Origin: an uncultured Chthonomonadaceae bacterium
GTDB taxonomy: Bacteria > Armatimonadota > Chthonomonadetes > Chthonomonadales > Chthonomonadaceae
Direction of reading: 5' to 3'
DNA: 64,000 bases
Assembly (NCBI GenBank): GCA_963835065.1
Contig: CAWIEK010000011.1
Coordinates: 96,001 to 160,000, forward strand
Numbering within the stretch: position 1 is the first letter of the stretch; each line of letters starts with the position of its first letter. The notes beneath the pieces were generated by a model, which did no database searches, was not told the DNA's origin, and was given only the letters and a program-made list of their open reading frames with translations. Positions 52,128 through 61,225 of the stretch are shown here, piece after piece. A program made the position numbers and the translations under genes.

Positions 52128-53372
52128 ATGTTTTTGACCCTAAACTCTTTATATAAACCTGTACAAAAGCAAGCGCGAAGCCGCAAGCACCCCGGAATGT
52201 TGGTGGCTTCCAGCCTGTTGGCTGCCGGTGTGTTTGCCGGCATCAATGCAAACGCGCAGAAGGCTGTTCCAACGGGCAAGCCGACTGCTAATCCGGCGAC
52301 CAAAAAATCAGCGGGCGCAAAACCCACCGGCAAGGCCGCGAGTACAAATAAGCCTGCTGCCAATGCGATGGCCGTTCCCACGCCCGCGCAGCTTGCCTAT
52401 CAGTTTACGCCGGGAACCACGTATCGTTACCGACTATCCGCGCTGTTCGACGGGCATATCCCGCCGTTTGCGCAACCGGACAGCCCTCCCATTCACATCA
52501 AGGTTGATCTGGTGTATGTGGCAACCGTAAAGAAAGTAGATAAGACCGGCGCAACTGTTGAGTTTACGGTAGACAGTTCCGATTTATCCCTATTCGACCA
52601 TGAAATCAAAGAGAATGAAAATATCAACCCGAATACGGTAACGACGTTTCCCATTGCGCTGGAAGACGTGCAAAAAGCATTGAACGCGACAGCGGTTTTA
52701 CGCCCGGACGGCTCGATTGCCAGTATACTTACCAAGAGCAGCGTGAAAGTGCCGCTGGACGTGGGCTTCGACATACGCAAACTGTTTTTGCTGCTGATGC
52801 CCGTCACCCTCTCCAATCAGCCCGTCAAGATAGGGGATACGTGGCTGTCAACTGACGGCGTGTTAGGTTCCAAAGCGGGACGTATTGGTTATACCAACAA
52901 ACTGGCCGACGCCAAACGCAAGGGCAAGGACGGCGAATACGCGCTGAACCAAACGGCAACCTCCACTGTGGAAGACAAGCTGGACAAGGAAGGCAATTCC
53001 ACCACCAATCCGAACGAGACTTACCGGACGCTGACGGGCAAAATAGACCTGAACGCCGATATGACGCTGTCAACGCCACTCGGCGCGCTGCCTGGTCCCT
53101 TGCTCGGACAGGTGAAGTCCGCCCATATTTTGATGAACGCCAACGTCAACCGCAAGCGCATGAAGATTGATCCTGACCATCCCGAAGTTTTGGAAAACGA
53201 TCCGCTGGATGTAAAGGCGCGCATGACGATTGTACGCGAAAACGCTCCGGCAAAGTCCGGCAACAACCGCATAGCCGAGGCCGGCGCGAAGCCCAAAAGC
53301 GGCAAGCCTGCGGTTCCCGGCAGCAGCAAGCCTGCCCTGCCCGGTGACAAAACGGCGGCGGGAAGCAAGTGA
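52128..53372 (+). CDS. Secreted beta-rich hypothetical protein, paralog 1
   Basis: Signal peptide, Pro/Ala/Lys linker, LAYQFTPG, PVKIGDTW; start uncertain. Confidence 0.65.
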   Translation: MFLTLNSLYKPVQKQARSRKHPGMLVASSLLAAGVFAGINANAQKAVPTGKPTANPATKKSAGAKPTGKAASTNKPAANAMAVPTPAQLAYQFTPGTTYRYRLSALFDGHIPPFAQPDSPPIHIKVDLVYVATVKKVDKTGATVEFTVDSSDLSLFDHEIKENENINPNTVTTFPIALEDVQKALNATAVLRPDGSIASILTKSSVKVPLDVGFDIRKLFLLLMPVTLSNQPVKIGDTWLSTDGVLGSKAGRIGYTNKLADAKRKGKDGEYALNQTATSTVEDKLDKEGNSTTNPNETYRTLTGKIDLNADMTLSTPLGALPGPLLGQVKSAHILMNANVNRKRMKIDPDHPEVLENDPLDVKARMTIVRENAPAKSGNNRIAEAGAKPKSGKPAVPGSSKPALPGDKTAAGSK

Positions 53373-53378
53373 AGCTCT

Positions 53379-54497
53379 ATGAAACCTGAACAGTTCCCAC
53401 ACAAACGGACTCGTCTGCGTCAATCAACGCGAGCGGCGGCTATCGGCGCATTGGCAATGCTTTGCGCCACAGGCTGGGCCGCGCCACAAAACCATGCGCA
53501 AGCACCCGAAAACACCCGAACGGCGAATGTAGGTACGGAATCTCCTGCGCAATCGGGACAGAATCAGACGGGGCAGAACGCGCCGCAGGGAGCGCAAAAC
53601 GCGCCGCAGCCTGCGCCCGCGCCGCTTATTACGGAAGGCGTGACGTTTGCGCCGGTTGCCGCTTTTGATAAGGGGCAGTCTTTGCGGTATGCCACGCAGC
53701 AGAGCATGACCCTGCGCATCCCCGGCCAGAACGGCGCAGTTTCCAGCTTTACGGCTTCCATCAGCATGGCGCTGACGCTGCGCTACAAGGTGCGTGACAC
53801 CAAGCCGGATGGCGCGGCGCAGGTTGGCGTCACCTCAGAAGGCGGGCGGATGCTGGACGCCAGCAGCGCGTTCCACGACATACCCAAAGAAGCCGATAAT
53901 GCCGCGCGCCTGCTCACGCTGGATCGGCAAAGCCATATCACTTCGTTCAAAGACCAAACGGCAAAAAGCAAGAACGGCGGATTGGACGCGCTGTTTACGC
54001 AGTCGAATTTGCTGGTTCCCCTGCACATTCTGCCCCTGCCGGACAAGCCCGTTCATGTTGGGGAAAGCTGGACGGCGCGTTATGCGTCCCCCGGCAAAAA
54101 CCTGGGCGTGGCGGATGCGAGTACAGAGGGTAATGGGGAGAATGACGATGTACGCGCAACCCTGACCTTGCTCGGCATCGAAAAGATCGGCGATGTCAAT
54201 ACCATCAAAATCAAACAAGTCTTGACCGTGCCTTACATCGCCTATACCGATGCGCAGGGCAGGCCTGTCGGCGCGAGGGGCGCGCAGGGCCGCATGACCA
54301 TGCAGTTGACGTTTACCCAACTCATCAATGCCCTGCCGCAAACCGGCCTGCTGGTACGCTCGGAAGGCGCGATTGCGGGCACGATCAAGTTCGAGGGCGC
54401 GCTGCTCAAACAGCTTCCGGGCGACACCATGACCATTGGCGGCAAATTGGTCGCCATTCGCGCCGACGACACCGCGCCCGATCCGGCGGCTAAATGA
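53379..54497 (+). CDS. Secreted beta-rich hypothetical protein, paralog 2
   Basis: FDKGQSLRY, LPDKPVHVGESW. Confidence 0.65.
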   Translation: MKPEQFPHKRTRLRQSTRAAAIGALAMLCATGWAAPQNHAQAPENTRTANVGTESPAQSGQNQTGQNAPQGAQNAPQPAPAPLITEGVTFAPVAAFDKGQSLRYATQQSMTLRIPGQNGAVSSFTASISMALTLRYKVRDTKPDGAAQVGVTSEGGRMLDASSAFHDIPKEADNAARLLTLDRQSHITSFKDQTAKSKNGGLDALFTQSNLLVPLHILPLPDKPVHVGESWTARYASPGKNLGVADASTEGNGENDDVRATLTLLGIEKIGDVNTIKIKQVLTVPYIAYTDAQGRPVGARGAQGRMTMQLTFTQLINALPQTGLLVRSEGAIAGTIKFEGALLKQLPGDTMTIGGKLVAIRADDTAPDPAAK

Positions 54498-54569
54498 ATT
54501 GTAATTATTCACCACCAGGATACTAAGAACACCAAGAAGAATGAATTCAAGCGAGAATCCGATATTAGA

Positions 54570-55580
54570 ATGAGTACCCAAAACATCAATTCCCTACGTT
54601 TGCGGCGCGTGGCGCTTGCCGGGGTGGGAAGTTTTCTGACGTGCTGGAGTTTTACGGCTCGCGCGCAGCAGAAACAAACGCCGCCGCCACAACCGTCGCT
54701 TCGAGCAACGCAAGTTGCGCCTGCTCCTGCCAAGACTGTGCCGCCGCCCGCCGCCACGCCCGGCAACGCGCCTCTTGAACTGCGCATGAAGTTCAAGCCC
54801 AACGATCTGAGCCGCTACCAGATGACGATGCAGGCGGATTTGCAGGTTCCGGGCATGGCGCAAAGCGCGGGCGGGCAGTATAATACCAGCCTGAACATGG
54901 TGATACAGCAAAAAGTCATCAAACTGCACCCGGATGGCAGCGCGGATGTGGCGATGACAACCCTGAGCAGCAACGGCGTTGTGAACCAACAGCCAATCAA
55001 GCCTAATATCTCCGGCAAGCCGTCCATTATTACCTTTGATACGCGCAATAACATCGTAACCGCCCGCGACCTGCCGCAATCCACAACGGGCATGGACCCG
55101 ACAAGCCGTATTTTCCAGTCGGGGGCGTTGAGTACGCAGGGCGTGTACCTTCCCAAACAAGCCGTTCGTATCGGCGACAAATGGACGCAAAAAATCAACG
55201 TTGCCGGGTTGGGCAAGGACACGATGGGCACGGTGCAGAGCAAACTGGTGCGTCTGGAGCCGGTAGGAACCTTTCAAACCGCCCGCCTCCATTCCACTAT
55301 AAACATTCCGTTTGTCATGGTGGATAAAACCGTCAAGCCGCCCGTTCCGCTCAAAGGCGTCATGGTGATGAACTACGACAGCAACCTCGCGCTTGGCGAA
55401 GGCAAAGTGGTACGCTCCACAGGCGATGGCGACATCAGCGTTGTGGTAAACATGCCCGCAAGCTCCGCTTCCAAAAGCGGCAACGCAAAACCCGGTAAGG
55501 CCGCCGCAGCGAATACGCCGCCCCCAACCCAAAAGGTCAGCGTCCGGCTGCGTATGGGCAACAATCTAATGACACAATGA
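54570..55580 (+). CDS. Secreted beta-rich hypothetical protein, paralog 3
   Basis: LRMKFKPND..RY, LPKQAVRIGDKW. Confidence 0.65.
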   Translation: MSTQNINSLRLRRVALAGVGSFLTCWSFTARAQQKQTPPPQPSLRATQVAPAPAKTVPPPAATPGNAPLELRMKFKPNDLSRYQMTMQADLQVPGMAQSAGGQYNTSLNMVIQQKVIKLHPDGSADVAMTTLSSNGVVNQQPIKPNISGKPSIITFDTRNNIVTARDLPQSTTGMDPTSRIFQSGALSTQGVYLPKQAVRIGDKWTQKINVAGLGKDTMGTVQSKLVRLEPVGTFQTARLHSTINIPFVMVDKTVKPPVPLKGVMVMNYDSNLALGEGKVVRSTGDGDISVVVNMPASSASKSGNAKPGKAAAANTPPPTQKVSVRLRMGNNLMTQ

Positions 55581-55714
55581 TGCAGAAGAATCGCCGGGCC
55601 GTGTAAACACGGCATACTCTCGTGTTTACAGGACAATCGGCTGCTGGCCTGACAACCCGTATTTTATATGCTGGTTGAACGCGCCTGAAATTCATTTCAT
55701 AACGAGGAAAACGC

Positions 55715-56444
55715 ATGTCGCTGATGGACATTACCACGCTGAACACCGGCGCGGGAGCCTTTATTTCTTATCTGGAGGATTGGCTGGCGGACTTGCTGCC
55801 CCTGCCGTCTGGAAAGCCTGATTCAGGAAGCGGGCGGGCCGCAGCATATCGGCGTGTTTTGCGTGGATGTTATCAACGGTTTTTGTTACGAGGGACCGTT
55901 GGCGAGCGAACGGGTTGCCGACATTGTGCCGCCCATCGTGGATTTATTTGAAAACCTGTATGCGGCGGGCGTGGAGCATTTCGTGCTGACCCATGACGCG
56001 CACAATCCGGCGGCGGTGGAATTCGCCGATTATCCGCCGCATTGCATCCGGGGTACAAGCGAATCTGACATCGTACCCGCGCTGATGCAGTTACCGTTTG
56101 CCTCCAAGTTCCATCTGATTTCCAAAAACAGCATCTCTTCCAGCGAAGGCACGACGCTCGACGCCTGGCTGGACGCGCATCCCGATATTACGCACCACAT
56201 TGTCGTGGGCGACTGCACCGACATTTGCGCGTACCAACTGGCGATGCACCTCAAATTACGCGCCAACGCCGCCGACAAACTCCATCCCGTTATCGTGCCT
56301 GCCGACTGCATGGACACCTACGATATTCCCGTCGAAGTGGCGCAGGCCGAAGACATCCCCGCCCATCCCGCCGATGTATTCCATGCCATGTTTCTGTACA
56401 GCATGGAGTGTAACGGCGTCCGCGTTGTCGCCAACATCCGCTAA
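55715..56444 (+). CDS. Isochorismatase/nicotinamidase-family cysteine hydrolase, frameshifted near 55800-55855
   Basis: VDVINGF, DAH, YPPHC, KNS, GDCTDIC; N-terminus in the 55715 frame. Confidence 0.8.
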
Positions 56445-56573
56445 TGTCTAATCTTCATGGTAAAAAAGACATCAGCCGCGAATGAACGCGAATGAACGCG
56501 AATAGCCGGACGGCCTGTAATTAACCGAGTGTACAGCCGCATAGAGTATTGCAGAAAAATGAGCGACAGACGC

Positions 56574-56603
56574 TTGACAAAGCGTAGGTCAACTGAGTAT
56601 AAT
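56574..56603 (+). promoter_or_regulatory. Sigma70 promoter of the T-box leader
   Basis: TTGACA-18 nt-TATAAT. Confidence 0.75.
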
Positions 56604-56656
56604 GGGCAAAATTTGAACAATTTACCCTTCCTTATCGGGAAGGAACCAATTCTAAA

Positions 56657-57070
56657 AGCATCGAGAAGGTGGAGTACGCAGGCGGCGCGATCACAGCGAA
56701 CCGGGTTGGTGTGAGCCGGCATGAGCGAACCTGCTGAAATGGCCTTTGAGCTGCGATCCTGAAAGGGGTAAGAGATAAGGGATAAGGGATAAGAAGATAC
56801 GTTAATCTTCATCCTTCATCCTTTATCCTTCATCCTTATTAAGCATCGCCGGGGGGCTCCCGTTACAGGGTTAGAGCCTCAACGTTTTTCGATTTTCGAT
56901 TGCTGATTTGCCTCTGATTCACAGGGCGTTTAATCGTCAATCCACAATCGTCAATCCGTTGGCGCTCGCTGAGGCCGTGACCGCAAGGGCGCGGCGAAGA
57001 CAGGTGGAACCACGAAGGCAGCAGCCTCTCGTCCTGTGCATTACTCATGCATGCCGGGCGAGAGGCTTTT
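56657..57070 (+). ncRNA. T-box riboswitch, probable Met (ATG) specifier
   Basis: Stem I with GA/TGA K-turn, AGTA/GAA loop, AGCGA and GGTG apical motifs; GAA-ATG-G at 56736-56742; T-box GGTGGAACCACG 57003-57014; terminator GCCTCTCGTCC...GGGCGAGAGGCTTTT. Confidence 0.85.
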
Positions 57071-57202
57071 GTATTTTGTATTTTCGATTGACGATTTAAC
57101 GCAGGCGCGCTTGCTTCTGTCTGTAACCGGCAATCCAAAAGACTCACGCCTCGAACCGTATACAATCGAAAATCGAAAATCGAAAATCGCAAGGGGGCTG
57201 GA

Positions 57203-58456
57203 ATGAAGAAAACTTTGGGAATGAAGTGCCGCGAGTGTGGGGAAGAATACCCGCTTGCGCCCATTCATGTGTGTGAACTCTGTTTTGGGCCACTGGAGGT
57301 CATGCTCAACTGGGAAGAAATCGCGCCCCGCGTGACGCGGGAAAGCATACAGGCCGGGCCATCCTCTATGTGGCGTTACCATGATCTGCTGCCCGTAGAA
57401 GGCCCGCCGACAGTCGGTAAAAACGTCGGCTGGACTCCCTTGATTAAGGCGAATAATCTGGGCCGCGAACTTGGGCTGAATAATCTATACATCAAAAACG
57501 ATGCCGTCAACCATCCGACGCTTTCTTTTAAGGATCGGGTTGTCGCGTTGGCCTTGACCAAAGCGCGCGAATTCGGCTATGATACCGTAGCCTGCGCAAG
57601 CACCGGCAATCTTGCCAACAGCGTGGCCGCCCATGCTGCGGAAGGCGGCTTCAAGTCCTACGTCTTTATTCCGTCCGATCTGGAGCAGGGCAAGGTGTTG
57701 GGAACGCTGGTGTACGGCACGAATGTACTGTCCGTATCGGGCAACTATGACGAAGTGAACCGCCTTTGCGCCGAAGCGGGCGACAAGTATGGCTGGGCGT
57801 TCGTCAACATCAACCTGCGCCCCTTTTATGGCGACGGCTCCAAATCTTTCGGATATGAAATCGCGGAACAGCTTGGCTGGCGCGCGCCCGACCACGTAGT
57901 TGTGCCATGCGCGGGCGGTTCGCTGATTTCCAAAATCTACAAGGGCTTGAATGAACTGGATCGCCTGAAACTCATTGACGGCGGCGTTCCGACGCGGATG
58001 TACGCGGCGCAGGCCAAAGGCTGTTCGCCCATCACAACGGCCATAAAAACCCATGCCGAAGTTTTCCTGCCGCAAAAGCCCAATACCATCGCCAAATCCA
58101 TCGCTATCGGCAACCCCGCGGACGGATACGTGGCAATGGAAACCGTGCGCAAGTCGGGCGGCTGGGCGGACGATGTGACGGATGAGGAAGTCATTGACGG
58201 CATCCGCCTGCTCGGACGAACCGAAGGCATCTTTACCGAAACCGCAGGCGGCGTCACCGTGTCCGTCGCCAAAAAACTGGCCGAGCAGGGGCGGTTCGGC
58301 AGAAACGATGTTGTTGTCATCGCCATCACCGGCAATGGCCTGAAAACGCAGGAAGCCGTCACCGGGCAGCTAGGGCAAACCGTCGGCATTGCCCCCAACC
58401 TGGCTTCCCTCGACGCCGCGCTGAAAACCGAAAAACTGCTGGCGGGAGTAGGATAG
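57203..58456 (+). CDS. thrC: Threonine-synthase-family PLP enzyme (possibly O-phosphohomoserine sulfhydrylase)
   Basis: CxxC zinc ribbon, NHPTLSFKDR, ASTGNLA, TGNGLK. Confidence 0.85.
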   Translation: MKKTLGMKCRECGEEYPLAPIHVCELCFGPLEVMLNWEEIAPRVTRESIQAGPSSMWRYHDLLPVEGPPTVGKNVGWTPLIKANNLGRELGLNNLYIKNDAVNHPTLSFKDRVVALALTKAREFGYDTVACASTGNLANSVAAHAAEGGFKSYVFIPSDLEQGKVLGTLVYGTNVLSVSGNYDEVNRLCAEAGDKYGWAFVNINLRPFYGDGSKSFGYEIAEQLGWRAPDHVVVPCAGGSLISKIYKGLNELDRLKLIDGGVPTRMYAAQAKGCSPITTAIKTHAEVFLPQKPNTIAKSIAIGNPADGYVAMETVRKSGGWADDVTDEEVIDGIRLLGRTEGIFTETAGGVTVSVAKKLAEQGRFGRNDVVVIAITGNGLKTQEAVTGQLGQTVGIAPNLASLDAALKTEKLLAGVG

Positions 58457-58461
58457 AGGAA

Positions 58462-58576
58462 AGTAGTCAGTAGTCAGTAGTCAGTAGAACCCCGCTTTTG
58501 GAAGCCTTCTGCAAAGTGTAAGGATGTGAGTAGACTTGCATTTCTACTGACTACTGACTACTGACTACTGACTACT
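58462..58576. repeat. (AGTAGTC)n hairpin element, copy 2
   Basis: Heptamer arms, 56-nt spacer. Confidence 0.9.
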
Positions 58577-58593
58577 TTTCAGAAGGAGATTTC

Positions 58594-58869
58594 ATGCCTG
58601 TAAACGTACTGATACCAACGCCCCTGCGCAAGTTCACAGAGAATGAGGATACCGTGTCCGTGTCGGCTGGCAGCATCGGCGGCATTGTGACGGAACTGTC
58701 GCAGCGCTTTCCCGGTATCGTCAAGCCACTGCTGGACGACAAAGGGGAATTGCGCAAGTTTGTGAATATTTATTTGAATGGGGAAGACATTCGTTTCGCG
58801 TCGGGCGTGGACACGCCAACCAAAGACGGCGATGAAGTGTCTATCGTGCCTGCCATTGCCGGCGGGTAA
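58594..58869 (+). CDS. MoaD/ThiS/CysO ubiquitin-like sulfur carrier
   Basis: IPTPLR, FVNIYLNGEDIR, C-terminal PAIAGG. Confidence 0.93.
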   Translation: MPVNVLIPTPLRKFTENEDTVSVSAGSIGGIVTELSQRFPGIVKPLLDDKGELRKFVNIYLNGEDIRFASGVDTPTKDGDEVSIVPAIAGG

Positions 58870-58888
58870 AGAAGGATGAATTGCAGCC

Positions 58889-59416
58889 ATGCCAGTAGTT
58901 ACCGTAAACCTTAGCGCGAAGAACGAAATGGCGCGTCTGCCCTTAATCTGGCGATTGGGCCGCAAGTTCAACGTCGTTACCAATGTGCGGGCAGCCCGCG
59001 CCACGCCGGACTTCGCCGTTGTCGCGCTGGATGTGGAAGGTTCCACGCAGGAAGTGGAGCAGGCCACCAGCTATCTTCGCGCGCTCGGTGTGACGGAAGG
59101 CAGTGGCGACGCTCTGGTTCCCGCCCGCGTATGGGAACCCGAAGACACGGTTTCGCGGGCCAACACGATCTACGTCCGCTTGAATCCCGTGAACCCGGCA
59201 CAGTACAACGTTCCCGTGCTATATCGCCTGGGCAAAGATTTCGATGTCGTGTACACGCTGGAACACGCCGGTTTCGATGACGAAGAGGGCGGCTATGTGG
59301 AAATCGCCATTTCCGGGCCACTCGGAGAAATCCAGCGCGCCATCGCCTACCTGCACACCACCGGCCTGCACGTCAATCCCCGGCAGCGTTCCGTAACGGA
59401 TTATGGAAATCTTTAG
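58889..59416 (+). CDS. Tandem NIL-domain protein
   Basis: Two copies of P.L.RLG..F.V....A...E...A..YL...G. Confidence 0.8.
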   Translation: MPVVTVNLSAKNEMARLPLIWRLGRKFNVVTNVRAARATPDFAVVALDVEGSTQEVEQATSYLRALGVTEGSGDALVPARVWEPEDTVSRANTIYVRLNPVNPAQYNVPVLYRLGKDFDVVYTLEHAGFDDEEGGYVEIAISGPLGEIQRAIAYLHTTGLHVNPRQRSVTDYGNL

Positions 59417-59418
59417 GA

Positions 59419-59541
59419 AGTAGTCAGTAGCCAGTAGTCAGTAGTCAGTAGAGAAACCCGTTCTTGTAAGTTGTTATTGAGCCATGCATCTACGAGTAAC
59501 AGGTATTTCTACTGATTACTGACTACTGGCTACTGACTACT
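59419..59541. repeat. (AGTAGTC)n hairpin element, copy 3
   Basis: 57-nt spacer; mirrored variant unit in both arms. Confidence 0.9.
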
Positions 59542-59662
59542 TCCTCAAAAATTTTCTGGCACATTCCCGCAACCTGTGATACAATGAGGGTGTAGGAAGT
59601 TACTGCTCTCTGCGGTTTGAAAACAACAGATTGAAAACTACAAAGAGGAAAGGAGAAGCCTC

Positions 59663-59848
59663 GTGGAACAACCCGTCCAGGTTGGCCTGGTGTTCCCACG
59701 CAGCGGACAACAATTGTTTGTCACGGTTACGGCGCAAGCCGCCGAATTGATGCAAACGCAATATGCAGACCGTAACGCGCCGCGTGTGAATACAAACGCT
59801 TCCACTCGCAGTATGCGAATGGGAACCGACAGCGACGCACATGCCTAA
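59663..59848 (+). CDS. Small hypothetical protein (61 aa)
   Basis: AGGAG RBS, GTG start, downstream terminator. Confidence 0.45.
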   Translation: MEQPVQVGLVFPRSGQQLFVTVTAQAAELMQTQYADRNAPRVNTNASTRSMRMGTDSDAHA

Positions 59849-59926
59849 TGACGTTCACCCCTTTTTCCTTATCCGGTGAACGAACAACCCTGAACTTATT
59901 TATTCATACCCCGCATGTGCAAACGC

Positions 59927-59965
59927 GAACCGCTCCACAGAGTTTTCTGTGGAGCGGTTCTTTTT
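59927..59965 (+). terminator. Intrinsic terminator
   Basis: GAACCGCTCCACAGA-GTTT-TCTGTGGAGCGGTTC-TTTTT. Confidence 0.85.
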
Positions 59966-60056
59966 GTGTTTCCATCTGTCTGGTATTTGGAGCGATACTT
60001 AAGCGCTGGTAAGCTAAAAGTTGATAGTTCCTGTCTCTCTATCAACTATCAACTTC

Positions 60057-60446
60057 TTAAACTTCTGAGAGATAGGCAGGCCGTAAGGCAATGCTTGCAA
60101 GATCATTAACATTAATGAAAACTTCTGCAATCTCAAAACGATAGCAGGGTTCCTCGCCGCCCGCGTCAAGCCTGCCTATGTACGCCTGCGCCACATTCAG
60201 CAATCGGCGCTGCTTACGCAGGTCTACCGCTTCGACAGGAGAGCCATACGCCGTTCCATGCCGCGTTTTCACTTCGATAAATACCAGTGTCTTACCTTCA
60301 GACGTATGTTCTTCAGCAATGACATCTATTTCCCCCTGCGCGCAACGAAAATTCGTTTGCAGGACGCGCCAGCCCAGCCGTTCCAGATGCTTCGCCACAA
60401 GCTGCTCGCCCCGCGTTCCCAATTGCTTACGTTTATCGTCCGGCAT
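60057..60446 (-). CDS. yraN: YraN family (UPF0102) nuclease
   Basis: GEIDVIA, FIEVKTR. Confidence 0.92.
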   Translation of the reverse strand: MPDDKRKQLGTRGEQLVAKHLERLGWRVLQTNFRCAQGEIDVIAEEHTSEGKTLVFIEVKTRHGTAYGSPVEAVDLRKQRRLLNVAQAYIGRLDAGGEEPCYRFEIAEVFINVNDLASIALRPAYLSEV

Positions 60447-60499
60447 GATTGTTACCCCGCTGTCTCTAACTGTTCCTCTACGAAATCGAGAAGGCTGCG

Positions 60500-61159
60500 T
60501 TATGAACGCGCCTCCGCTTTCTGATTACACACTTCGGCTACAGGACGATAGGAGCGGCGATGCAGGGGGCAGATGCCGTTGGTTTGGAGCGCGCGCAGGT
60601 GGATGGGAGCGGGGTAGCCTTTGTGCCCGGCAAAGCCATACGCGGGATACTCGTCATGGTAGGCGCGCATCAGGCGGTCACGGGTGACTTTGGCGATGAT
60701 GGACGCGGCGGCAATAGTCGCGCTGCGGCTGTCACCTTTAACAAGGGCGATTTGATCGAGGGGAAAAGGACATACGGGCAGGCCGTCAATCATTGCCACA
60801 TCAGGAAAAAGGCCGGGGGGAAGGTTGCGGAGGGCAAGGCGCATGGCTTCGTGCGAAGCGCGCAGAATGTTGATGCGGTCAATGGTCGGCGCGTCCACGA
60901 TACCAACACCAACGCCCCGCGCCATATTTCTAATTTCTTCATAAAGCCGTTCGCGCTGTTCGGCGGAAAGCATTTTGCTATCGTTGACGCCAACCGGAAC
61001 GCGCTCAAACGGCAGTACGACACACGCCGCCACCACCGGCCCCGCCAACGCCCCGCGTCCCGCCTCATCAATCCCGGCCAGACAGCGATAGCCTTCCGCC
61101 CGCGCCCGCCGCTCTTCGCTCCAGAAGTTGATAGTTGATAGTTGATAGTTGATAGGCAT
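60500..61159 (-). CDS. rnhB: Ribonuclease HII
   Basis: GIDEAGRGALAGPV, DSK, AAASIIAKVTRD, HKGY. Confidence 0.95.
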   Translation of the reverse strand: MPINYQLSTINFWSEERRARAEGYRCLAGIDEAGRGALAGPVVAACVVLPFERVPVGVNDSKMLSAEQRERLYEEIRNMARGVGVGIVDAPTIDRINILRASHEAMRLALRNLPPGLFPDVAMIDGLPVCPFPLDQIALVKGDSRSATIAAASIIAKVTRDRLMRAYHDEYPAYGFAGHKGYPAPIHLRALQTNGICPLHRRSYRPVAEVCNQKAEARS

Positions 61160-61221
61160 ACTCTTCTCCACACTGCTTGGCCTGAAGTGTCCAGCACTAT
61201 CAACTATCAACTATCAACTTT
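61126..61221. repeat. (GATAGTT)n/(AACTATC)n hairpin overlapping the rnhB start
   Basis: aagttgatagttgatagttgatagttgatag ... ctatcaactatcaactatcaactt; short copy at 60018-60056. Confidence 0.85.
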
Positions 61222-61225
61222 CCGC

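Noticed and set aside
59663..59848. RiPP precursor interpretation of the small ORF
   Set aside because: No modifying enzyme or transporter adjacent
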